A stretch of 64,000 nt of DNA from the NCBI GenBank assembly GCA_013239625.1, contig MU053758.1, positions 2,294,001 to 2,358,000 on the forward strand, in the 5' to 3' direction. This DNA comes from Lama guanicoe. Its lineage: Eukaryota. Under the pieces are notes generated by a model. It had not been told where the DNA came from. It saw only the letters and a list, made by a program, of their open reading frames with translations, and made no database searches. The translations under genes and the position numbers were made by a program. Below, in pieces: positions 53,367 through 64,000 of this stretch (position 1 is the first letter of the stretch; every line of letters begins with the position of its first letter).

Positions 53367-54503
53367 CTCAGGGAAGTTCTTTTTCCCAAAGATCTCCAGA
53401 GGAGTTTTCTTAGTGTTTTATTTGACCCGATTATGGTGTCCTACCTTCTGATTAGCAATTCCTCCCTCCTGGCTAGAGTAGTAACCCCCTTCATTGGCAC
53501 TGGCGGTCATTTCATTCCTGTTCTTTTCTCTGCTAATAAGTATTCCTTAATGGTGCAATGCTGACACTGGTTACTCTCAGCCTCTCTACAACATCTACCC
53601 CACTCACCCACCACCTCATACATGCACATAGCCCTGCTTTCTTCTTCTTCCCCAAGAAGCTTGCTTTCTCCTTCTTTCGAGTCAGGATAGGGCATTGTTA
53701 TCCCTTCTTACTATACCTCTCATCAGCTTCTCCACCTCCTTTCCAGGTTTGATGGGAGAGCCCCCCTGTCCAAACACTGTGCAAGGTACCAGAAGTAGAG
53801 GCCTGCCAGCCTGCTTATACCCATCCTCAATGCCCAGAACTGAGCAGGTCACCAACCTACAGTGCCCACCCCTACCCTTCTTGCTGCCAGGTAGGTATGC
53901 TCCTCTCCCTAACCACCAACCCTAAACAGGCTCATGTTTCTCTCTGGGAATATTTCTCTCTATTGTTAAATCTCTCCAACAGGGGGAAGGCCTTGATGAC
54001 TCAGCTCTCTGCCTTGGCAACTTCTAGTCCTAATTTTTAGAGAGAACTTCCTGATGTTAAATCTCCATTTCCTTTTCTATAATTCAGAACCATTTCCCCC
54101 ATTTAGTGGGTGTGGGAAGAAGAGACCAATAAATGGGTAATATTTGATGCTGGAGGGGAAGGGTCTAATGACAGGCAGCCCTTCTCTTGGGGCTGGAAAC
54201 CTGAAGTCCCAGATGTGTATTCTACTCAATGGTCTGGCATCCTTGGGGAGTACTTGAGTCTTTTGAGGGAATGGTTTTATCTGGTGTCCATTCCTGAGGA
54301 CAAGGATCTCAGACTCTGAGAGTCTGTTCCTATTCATTCACAGATCCCTCCAGGGAGTAGAGAATGGATTGCTGTAGGGCAGAAGCAACCAGTAGGTGAC
54401 ACTTTTTCTTGAGCTTAGATGGCAGCTCCTGTCTGGCGCCTGTAGAAAGTTGGCAGGGGTGCCAGAGCCTCTCCTGTCATTGACATTGGCATCAGCTTAC
54501 CCC

Positions 54504-54644
54504 TTTTTTTTTAGTTTTTTTTTTTTTGGTTGGGGGGTAGTAATTAGGTTTGTTTGTTTGTTTGTTTTTAATGGAGATATTGGGGAATGAACCCAGGACC
54601 TCATGCATGCTAAGCACACTCGATCACTGAGTTATACCCTCCCC
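54504..54644 (-). mobile_element. tRNA-derived SINE (vic-1-like)
   Basis: Poly-T, gtaattaggtttgtttg, gaacccaggacctcatgcatgctaagca...cactgagttataccctcccc. Confidence 0.88.
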
Positions 54645-54965
54645 ATAGTTTACTTTAGGCCTCTTCTTTCAGCAGAGCCTCTCTCACCCCTGCAATTTAG
54701 ACATCACAAGCAGTAGGCTTAAATAAGTGTCAGTTCTGGGTAAGGTGCTTCCTCCCCTGGTAGACACATACTTTGAGTTGGAGGTGAAGCAATTAGGATG
54801 GGTGAATGGAGGGACAGGGTAGGGACTAGAAAGTAGAAAATGTCTCTGGAAGTAGTCAAGCAGTAAGTATGAATGGGGTACCCTGATGTCACAGAGAGTA
54901 CCCTGCCCACCTGTCTGTCAGCCTCCATGTCTGATACCGCAAAGCGGCTGGGCCGCATGGGCAGC

Positions 54966-54998
54966 TGCAGTCTTGGTTTCTGCCACACGAGGGCGCTG
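54966..54998 (+). promoter_or_regulatory. Candidate CTCF site with upstream module
   Basis: TGCAG-N12-CCACACGAGGGCGCTG. Confidence 0.6.
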
Positions 54999-55449
54999 CC
55001 GACCAATTAAAACTCCTGCCCCTCAGCAGAGAAGAGTTTGGGTAAGGAAAGAGGGGAACCCTGCACTCTTTGCAGAAGGCAAGAGTCAGAAACATCCCTT
55101 GAGAGCCTGAGAGAGGATCCCAAAGACCCAGAAGAATAAATTAGTTGTTTTCCACTTGTTCTTCCTTAAAAATGTCCCTAGACCCTTAATACTCTGCCCT
55201 AGTGGCCTGATGTGTCAGTTTGTTCCCAGCTGAACTTGGGAAGCCCCTGAGCTCTAGGCACCAAACACCTTGCACGGGTGTTTCTCTCCCTCATGGTGGA
55301 GCAGACTCCAGCAGTCCACTCTACTGTCCCCTGCCTCTAAGACAGTCACTTTCCAGACCAAAGGGCAGGGGTACCTGATTTTTCAGAGAAAAAAAATCTC
55401 TTAACCTATTTTTTGAAGAGAAGTAGCTCTTAAAGAAGAAAAGCTCTCA

Positions 55450-55600
55450 GGGGGAGGCTATACTTCAAGTGGTAGAGGGCATCTTAGCATACACAAGGTC
55501 CTGGGTTCAATCCCCAATACCTCCTCTAAAAATAAAGAAATAATTAAACCTAATTACCTCCCCCTACAAAAAAACAAACAGACCAAAAACAAAAAAGAAG
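55450..55600 (+). mobile_element. tRNA-derived SINE (vic-1-like)
   Basis: B box gggttcaatcccc and tail aaacctaattacctcccc; TSD-like aagaag..aaagctctc. Confidence 0.88.
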
Positions 55601-58600
55601 AAGAAGTAAAGCTCTCTAAGGGAGTGTTGGGAGGAGGACTGAGAAGACAGAGAGTAAGAAAGTTCTGCCTTCTATGACCCCGTCACCTCCCCCAGCACAA
55701 ACCTGCAGAGCTCAAGATGGTCTAGAGGATGTTTGCAGCCTGAGTGGCTGGAGGACACCCAGGACAGTCCAAGGCTCTGCGCCAAAAAAGGTGTCAGAAA
55801 GCAGGATGAGCATGGGAGCTGCTTTGGCCTCTGAGCCTCACACCGCCCCCAAACCGTGTAATGGCTCTGCTAGGGATCCTAGTGGCACGGAGCCCTGATG
55901 GGCATGAGGTATCCCAGAACTGATCCTCTGTCTCCATGAAACCCTTCCAGGCTGAACAGGCTAAGGGAGATGACAGAGGTTCTCCTCCCTCCTACCCCCA
56001 TGCCTGAGGGCCCCTCCCCAGGAGGACAGCTTGATTAAACAGTCGGTGCTGCTGGAATTGCTGCACAGCTGGCGCTCCCCCCAGCACCCCGAGCAGAGCA
56101 GCAGCTCAGATTAAAATCTCCAATTAGCGTTAAAGTGAAGTGAGGAGGTACTGAGGCTGCCAAGGAGGCCAGGCGGGGGCCCTCGGTTGGCAGATACCCT
56201 CACTGCTGCCTAGATTCTGAGTGCCACCCTTAGTCACCCTTTTTTTCCTAGCTCCTCTCCCAACAACTCTCTGTACTTCCTAGCTTTACATTGCTTAGGG
56301 TCAGAGGGCTTTAGAGGGGTAGAAGGTGGGGCAGATGCCTTACCTGAGAAAATGCTGGGAACACCAAAAGTGTGGAGGAGAATGAGAGCGATCAGTGCTC
56401 GTCAAGGGAGATGCCCTACTCACAGTGGCCTGCCTGCCAGGTTGAGGTGACTTCACACTACTGCTGCTTCTTTTTGCCTAGAGAAAGGGCAAATAGAACA
56501 GGTCCCTCCAGATCATCTTATCCATAATGTGCTGGGGAATGTGGTGCCCACACAAATGTCCATCCTTGTATATTTTATCCTGTTGGACTCATCTGCTCCC
56601 ACCCAAATTATGGCTCCTTCCTTCCTCCTTCTGTTTTTTTATTCCCCCTCTCAGCTTTCCTGTGGGCAGGGGTAGGCACAGCCTGGCTTGGAAGCATTGC
56701 CATGCCCTGCCACCTGGGTCTCAACCGGCTTCTTGTTATCTTCTTTGCAGTTTGGAGAAAAGCAGGGATATACCAAGAATGGAGGCCTCAGTTTCCCCCA
56801 ACTCCTGACCCCACATCCCCTCTTAAAGGCCCTCTACCATTTACATTTCTACCCGGCACTCACCAAGCCCTTAAGGAGGACAGCATAGCTAACCACACCT
56901 TTTGACTTCCCTCTGCCCCTTTAAGGGAAATGGAAGTGGGTACCCAGCTGACTGAACCTACTCACACCTCCAGAAATTAGACACCAGGGCACGGTGCCAC
57001 CCTCCCAGGCTGGCACATGCTACCCTGGCAGAGGTTCAAATAGCTCCCCCCATACCCCCATCCCTATATCTTCCTCTTCTCTCTCCCTCTTTCTTCCACT
57101 CTCTCTCTCTCTTTTTTTTTCTCAGCTCAAAGCACAGCTCAGCCTTAAAAGTGTGGGGGGGGGGGGACAAAGCTGGGGCAGGGGGGTAGAGAGCTCCAAT
57201 AGCACGTTTTCACCTGCCATTTAATTGGATGTATTTTTAATTAATGGGACCTCAGGGACCAACATGAGACAATCTGATCTCTGAATAGAGACAGGGGAGG
57301 GATTGGGTTAGGGAGGAGGATTGGGCCACTGGGTGCGGTTACCAGGAACCCAGGACCATCAATCACTGGCCACTTTGCGTTCTGGCATGGAGAATAGCCA
57401 GGTGGAGGAAGAGAGGAGGCACTGGGGAGAGGTGCCAGAATTTCCCCTAAACTGCCAGGACCTTCAAAAAGGGTGGGACTGTACCGGTTGACTCAGTTCT
57501 GGGGCCCAAAATTGCAGCCACGATATTAGGTAAGGCTGTTTTCTTGCTCCTGGGGTTTTGTCCAGTTGGGCTTGTCCCAGTGAGTGCTGTAAAACAGTGA
57601 AAGGGTGGTGGGGTCAGAGCTTTGAGGTCCTTGAAGAGACAGGATAAGAACTAGGGACTGTAGAACCAGAGACTGTGGTGAGAGGGAGGAGAAGGGCCGC
57701 GTTTAGAGATATTTCTGTGTGTTTAGGCATAAAATAAGTGCCATGGAGATTACATGCAAAACAGCATGCAAATGAGGCCTGGTGCCTTTTGGGTATGAAT
57801 CATAGAACCTTACTGTTGCAAGGAAGAGAACTTGGAGCTCATCTTGACGAACCACTCATTTTACAGATGTGGAAATAGAGACCCAGAGAAGGGAAATCAG
57901 TTGAATCCTGTCTTGGAGTTGCTTTGTGTTCCTGGATTTGGAGAGTTCCTGGGAACACAGGGAAAGGTAGGTAAGTAGAGTGTGAGGAGGAAAGTCAAAG
58001 GAAGAGGGTTGAAAGGATGTTACTCTCCATTGCTTGGAGTCTCATATCTCTGACCCTTGAGTCTTGAAAGCAACTCAGGGGCGTTGGGTGGGTGCATTAT
58101 TGGGGGAACATTTCCCTCATAAAACCTATTCCAGAGGTCATCTTATCTATTCCCTTGCTTCCAAGTAGACAGATCCCCCAGAACCTTCCACTTTCATGGG
58201 ATTTTACTATATTCTAAAAGGGAAGAATATACACCAACTACCCCACTTCCTTAACTAAGAAATAAATCCCCCAATAATGACTAAATATTGAGCCTTTTCT
58301 GAGATCTTATCACAAATTTCTCTGCTGCAGTATAAGCTGCTAGAGAAAATAATGCCAAAAAATGTAGCGAGGAGTGGTCTTGTCCTATGTCTAAGCTGAG
58401 AACAGAGACAAAATTAAAACTCAAGGCTCTGAAAGCTCAGTGAGAAATGCCCCTGTATTCATGCAGTGCCATGGCCCCAGAGCTCTTAGTCAGGCCCCAT
58501 CTGGCTCCACGTGGTGTTGGGGAACACTGGAGAGGAGGGCACGTTTCCAGCTATCCTCCCATCCTACCCCCTCCCTCACCTCCTTCACTGTTCAGACAAC

Positions 58601-59875
58601 AAGGTTAAGAAAGAATGATGGAGAGGAGCTTGCCTACCAAGTTACCAAAGATGGCATTTCCTGGCATATTCTTCCTTCCTAAAAAATTCAACATTCTTTT
58701 TTCTGTGCTCCACGAGACTAAGTTGGAGTCAGGGCAAGGATGGGCACAGAGCTTGGAAAGCAGTCACAGAAACTTTGTCACACTCTCCAAGCACCCAACG
58801 CTTATCCCCTACTCCAAGAATTGTCTTCTCCTCTATCTTAGTACCCCATTTAATATCCCCAAAGCCCCTAGGGAAGAGCAGGATGTGTCTCTCCAAATAC
58901 CCCCAAACTTACCCCACAGTGTTCTTAGACCCTCAGGGCCATCTCCTTGGCTACCTGATTCTCTGCCTTCTCTACTATCAACAAGATGAGGAAGGCCCCC
59001 TTCCATTGCCCTAAGACAGTCTGGATAGAATCTTTGTAGCTCCTGCCCTGCTTCTGAGGGGCTGCGGGGGTGGGGGTGGGTGAGGAAAACTGTGCAGAGA
59101 GTTGAAAAGGAAGATTCTCTTCTCGAGGGAGATCAGGGAGAAGCCTGAAAGAGGGGAGAAGCTAAAGAGGGGAAATTTGGAAACAGACCTGTAGTCCCAT
59201 CTCTGGGGCTGGCTGCCTAACGTAAGGCAGGCCATTCATACTAAGCATTGTTTGAGGGATTTATTCGATGGCTCCTATTTACAGAGCTGCTGATTCTCCT
59301 CTGAAATGCAGAGCAGTAGAGAAGGCATGCAGTAAAGAAAGGCTTTCTGTAGGCCCTCTTTCTCACCCTTTGTCCACCCCTACTCCAAAATTGGAGGGGC
59401 TAAAAGGCTTTTAAAGCATTCAGTCTAGATTCTTGATGTTTCTTTGAGGAACAGGGGCTCCCTTCCCTCAATCCCCAACAGTCTTGCCTCACACTCCTAA
59501 GGTTTAGCCAAGGGTACCAGATCTATAGCCTTGGAGTCAGAGCCTGGAGCCTGCTCTGGAGTCTGGAAGAAACCCTGAGCCTTTGCAGAGAAGTAAGTGG
59601 AAGGAAGAAACAGCAGTACCCAGAGTCCCCTGCCTTCTGGAGAGGAGGGAATTGTTAAGGAGCTCAGTATTGGCCCAGGGTGTAGCTTTTACACTGATGG
59701 GACTCCTTTCCTCCTTCTCCCTCAGTGTGTGTCCCACTGGTTGGTGAGAGACCTGGATGTCTGAACCTCCCACCTTGACACCTCGAAGGTTATCACACAG
59801 ATCCCCTCTCTAGCTTCTAAAGCCATGGAGGAGGTGAAGGAAGGCATTTCAGAAGTGGCAGTGCCATGATGTCCA

Positions 59876-60684
59876 TCGGCACCCAGGGAGAGAAGCCAAG
59901 AGAAGAAACTGACCAGAGAGGGAGCCAGGAAGAGATGCCTGCTCTTGAAACAGTCTTCTTACCCCATCCCCTTCCGCGTCCCCTTTCACATGCCGACAGG
60001 GCTGTGTGCCCAAGTGTGCCAGCTCTCCTGGCTGGTGATCCTGCTCTGCCATGCAGGCAGCTGGCCCTCTGCTGCAGCACTGAGCACATGCTGGGGTCTC
60101 TCACTTCTTTCCTCACTCACCTCAATGTATCTGTGGTGCAGATTCCTAGGGTTGAAGAAGGGGGCTCTGGCCCTGCGAGTAGGAAGATGGTGGGCTCTGG
60201 GGCTCTTGGGGTGTGTATCTGGCTGGCTGGAGTGGCTGTGGGGAGGGAGAAGGCTGTTGGCAGCTCAGCTGAGCTCAAGATTCTGGTGACTCACAGCAAC
60301 GGGGGTGGCTCATGAAAACAACAGAGGGGAAGGGGGTCTAGGCCTGTTAGAGCTCTCTTCTGCTCCATTTCTCCCCCACTCTGAGCTTTGTGGATGGAGT
60401 CTCTCATCTAGATTGTGGGGCGAGGAGATGCCCCAGCTAAAAAAGAAAAGAAAGACATGGAAGAGAAGATAGCAGAGGAGGCTGAGCATTCCCAGGGAGA
60501 GGCTTCCCAGAGGGGAAAGGGTGGTGGAGGCCCTTTATTCTTGCCCTACTGTATCCGTGGGCAAGGTGCTGCTCACACCTCGCTTGGTGCACCCTCTGTG
60601 CGTCAGCACCCAGGGAGAGAAGCAAGAGAAGAAACAGTGACCAGAGAGGAAGCCAGGAAGAGATGCCTGCTCCTGAAACAGCCT
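59876..60684 (+). repeat. Dispersed ~80-bp direct duplication (59876-59956 and 60603-60684)
   Basis: gcacccagggagagaagc(c)aagagaagaaac(ag)tgaccagagagg(g/a)agccaggaagagatgcctgctc(t/c)tgaaacag occurs twice. Confidence 0.92.
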
Positions 60685-63279
60685 GTAGGTACAGAGGGTA
60701 CTGTGCTGGGGCAGCTCAGCGCTCATGGGCACCTCCCAGGAGAGGGGCTTTCCAGGCAGACACAGCTACTCCTCCCTGCCCTCACTTGCCTGCCCAGAGC
60801 TCTGGGTATTCAGGTGACGTAGAAATTTAAAAACAAAACAAAAAAAAAGACACTATTACAAGACCAGAACTAGAAGGATTACCACTTGGTCTCAATACTC
60901 TCTTTCCTAGAAACAGAAACCATGATCTTCAAAGGTGCTGCTTCCCTCATCCCTTACAGGCCAGGTGGGCAATGTGCATTTTCTCCAGACTTTCTGAATC
61001 AGGGAGATGGTAGGATACTGTGTTTGAGGTTACATCAGCAGAACAGAGCCAGAAAGTGGATCAGGAGAGCCAGCCATGCCTCTGACCAGAGTCCTGGGGG
61101 CCTCCTTGTTTCAGCAAAAGGAAATAGGAATCTTGGATACCAGTGTATCCAGACACACGATAAATATCCTCCCTCCAACCTTAGAGAAGAATAGGTTAAG
61201 AGGGAGGGAGTTGTCTGACAGAGACTAAGTTTTCATTTGCCTGTTTATACTCCTTTCACTGCTGGTGGCTCTGCTGTCCAGTTGGGATGAGGGGCCCTCT
61301 GCCAGGATGCTCCTGAGGATCCAGAGACAGTTTGGGCTGGAGAAAGGGACAGACCAGCTACTCTTTTTGTAGGGAGAGGGGACCAGCTCCACTCCACCAG
61401 CTCTCCCTGGCAGCATCAGGAGCCCAGGAGCCCCTGCTGAAACACCCATAATAAAGCTCAGTCCTGAACTGAGGTGACATATCACCTGGCTCTGGTATAA
61501 AAGTGGTACCGAGAGGGGAAGCCTGAGTACACCAAGTGGGGTGTGAGCAGGTGTGGGGAGTTCAGCCCCAGGACGGATACAAAGATCACTCACTCCTCAA
61601 TACCACATGCTCCTCCTCTTTCTCAAACCTTCTCCTCAGCCCCCCTTTTCATCCACCTCCCTTCAGCTGACTCCACTCCTGGCTACCTCATGCCCTCCAA
61701 GCAGAGAAGACATGGTAAGTTGTTGTCTGTTCCCTACACTTTTCTCTCTCTTACTCTCCTCCTTCCTCCCAACTCGCAGCCAAGAGTTACCCCGTTTGAA
61801 CTCATTCTACCAGTGAATGCCCTCAGGATCTGAACCCAGAATGCCCAGCCTCTACCACCCCCCTGACTCTGCGAATGCCACTCTGGCTCTGAGACTGACT
61901 CATCAGTCCACATCGTCCACACAAGTATAGCCAGGCCAAGACTGGCATATCCACTGGCACCAAGGGCCCTGACCTGAAGCAAAGGGCAGCCCTAGAGGTA
62001 CAGTCAGGTTTGGCCCTAAATGTGTATATTCCTGTGCATTGGGTACACTGGTTTATTAGTGTTATTTCAGCATTGTGATGCAAAGAGAGTAAGTGTAACA
62101 GCTGCTCCTTGCTTGCAGTGTTTATTGTTACCTAGAGACAACCTCCTGGCTTTTTCCCAGCTCCCCCTCCCCCGCCACCCAACCCCCTCCCTGCCAACAA
62201 TCCTACTCTCCCCACACTGATGGGAAATTTATAGCTTGCCATACCATGCCTTTAACCCTCTCCTGTCCATAGGTATGTAGGTCAAGGGAAGCCAAAGGGA
62301 GCAGTCGGCATGCCTGAGCCCCAGCACGGTAGAATAGTGTGTGGAGGAGAGAGGGAAGGAGGGAGGGAGGGAGGGAGTACACCTCCTCTCCCCAGTCTGT
62401 GTCCAGACTCAGGCCCCAGTTTCCCTCCTGGCTCTCATGTTGAGAGAAAAGAGCTTTGGACCTAGTTTGGGGATCCTAGGATCCTCCACACAGGACTATT
62501 CTCTTGGTATCTCTAAGCCCCCTAGTTGGGCTGGCTGGTCCTGAGCAAATACAGCAAGGTATACTGAGACAGAAGGAATAAATACAGAGTGGCAGAAGCT
62601 CCAGACTCCTCCTTTCTATAGAGATGTCACATTGAGGCAAACAAGAGGCTCTGGTGTGAAGGATGCTGGCCAGACCTCCACAGCTGGGTAGATGTCAAAC
62701 ATGAAGCCCGCTGCTGAGCCTGGTGAGGTAACTTACCCACCTTAACTTCACCCTGAGCCCAGCACTAACCTCCTGAGAGGGTCCCGGGCCGTCCTCCAAG
62801 CTGGTCTCCTTGGTCTGGTTAGGCTTCTCCCTCTACTTTTCTTCTCGGTCCCTTTTCACCTCATCTTTTGGTTTGAAACCATGGGGGCCAAACCAAGAAA
62901 CCAAGGGGACTGAGGCCTCAACAGTCCTGGGGAAAGAGAAGCTCCTCTATCCCCTCCTGACCCAGGACCTTTCATGGAGGGGCACCATGTCACACATCCA
63001 CCATCCCCACTGGAAACAAGAGAGGAAAAGGGATTGGATTTTAGCAGAAAGGATATAGGTTAGACATATGGAAAAACTTACTCGTGGGATATAAGACCTC
63101 AGAATGGACTTACTTCTCTTTAGAGATTTTTCTTCTGCCTGGGATGGGTGTAAGTCTGTGTCTACCCAAGCAGCATCGGGAGAACAGGGTTACTTTTCTG
63201 GGGCTCCTGCAGATGTGGGCCTCAGTGCAGTTTCCACGCAGCGCACCCCTCCTCAGTTCTTCTAAATGTAGTATGTGTG

Positions 63280-63500
63280 GTGATTAGACTAAGTTTTGGA
63301 GGCAGGCAGCCTTGAGTTTTAATGTCAGGGCTGCCATTTACCAGCTATGCTACCTTGGTATGTCACTTAACCTCTTTTAACCCTACTTTCCTTGTCTGTG
63401 AAATGCAGATAAACAATTTTTTAAGGTGGTGAAGAGAATTTAGTGAAATAATGTATGTAAAGTACCTAGGACGGTGCCTGATACTGACTGCATACTCAGT
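63280..63500 (+). mobile_element. MIR SINE
   Basis: ctgccatttaccagctatgctaccttgg..tcacttaacctc...tctgtgaaatg...aataatgtatgtaaagtacctag. Confidence 0.8.
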
Positions 63501-64000
63501 CAACAGTGGTTGATACAACAGAGTCTATTACTTTTATGGAGTCCCCAGGGCTGACATTGCTTCAAAGACTCCATGAGCCACCTGGAATTATAGGCCAAAT
63601 GTGTGTATATGTATTTCCTGGGGAGAATGTCCATAGTTTTGTTGATGATTTGAAGCAGGCAGTCTCCTGGAAAGAAAAGAGCCCCAATCCTTTGACTCAG
63701 ACTCCCCAAGAAGTCAGTTCCCCCATTCCTGTGCCTCAAGCTAGGAGCTCCTTAGGCATGTTCTGCCCGGAAGCACAGCTTCATCTAGGATTAAGCCATG
63801 TAGCCATTAAGATAGCAACACAGAGCACTTGCCAGGCATGTTATAGTTTGTCAAGTACATTTACCTGCATTAGGTCTATTAATACGCAGAACATCCCAGT
63901 AAAGTGAAGAGAACTACCATTTAGTGAATGCCAGGCATTGTGCTGGGTGTATTTTTTTAAAGTATGTTTAAAGTCTATAGAGTATTTCATAACCTATATA

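Noticed and set aside
51783..57773. Octamer ATGCAAAT motifs at 51783 and 57766
   Set aside because: The same 8-mer also occurs in unremarkable AT-rich places (e.g. 1571), so it is uninformative alone.
45000..64000. NEUROD2 or another protein-coding gene among the many 60-170 aa ORFs (e.g. 50058-50570, 59866-60315, 60415-60822)
   Set aside because: No bHLH or other recognisable domain and no coherent exon chain. ORF lengths fit chance in more GC-rich DNA.

Overview
Mammalian genomic DNA, most likely a camelid, judged from ~10 copies of a short tRNA-derived SINE resembling the camelid vic-1 family. The window holds one complete protein-coding gene on the + strand, CDK12 (cyclin-dependent kinase 12). 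It has a TATA-less CpG-island promoter at ~3.85-4.1 kb and 14 coding exons from ATG 4613 to TAA 41525. All introns are GT-AG and the phases join into one 4476-nt CDS of 1491 aa (RS domain, proline-rich regions, PITAIRE kinase domain, C-terminal RGG-like tail). The 3'UTR is ~3.2 kb and probably ends at ATTAAA ~44700. Alternative processing is visible in the sequence: a NAGNAG acceptor at exon 2, read-through of exon 13 into intron 13 (short isoform ending GKQTGHESH), two in-frame acceptors at exon 14, and a candidate distal exon at 53183-53293. The last ~19 kb show no convincing protein-coding gene. They contain candidate enhancers, a two-module CTCF-like site, an ~80-bp dispersed duplication and a TATA-plus-donor signature. 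No new gene family was found. The most interesting signals are RNA-level regulatory features of CDK12 (start-stop uORF, multi-way terminal-exon choice, inverted SINE pairs), and all need experimental checking. Repeat family names and human comparisons are from memory, not from a database search.
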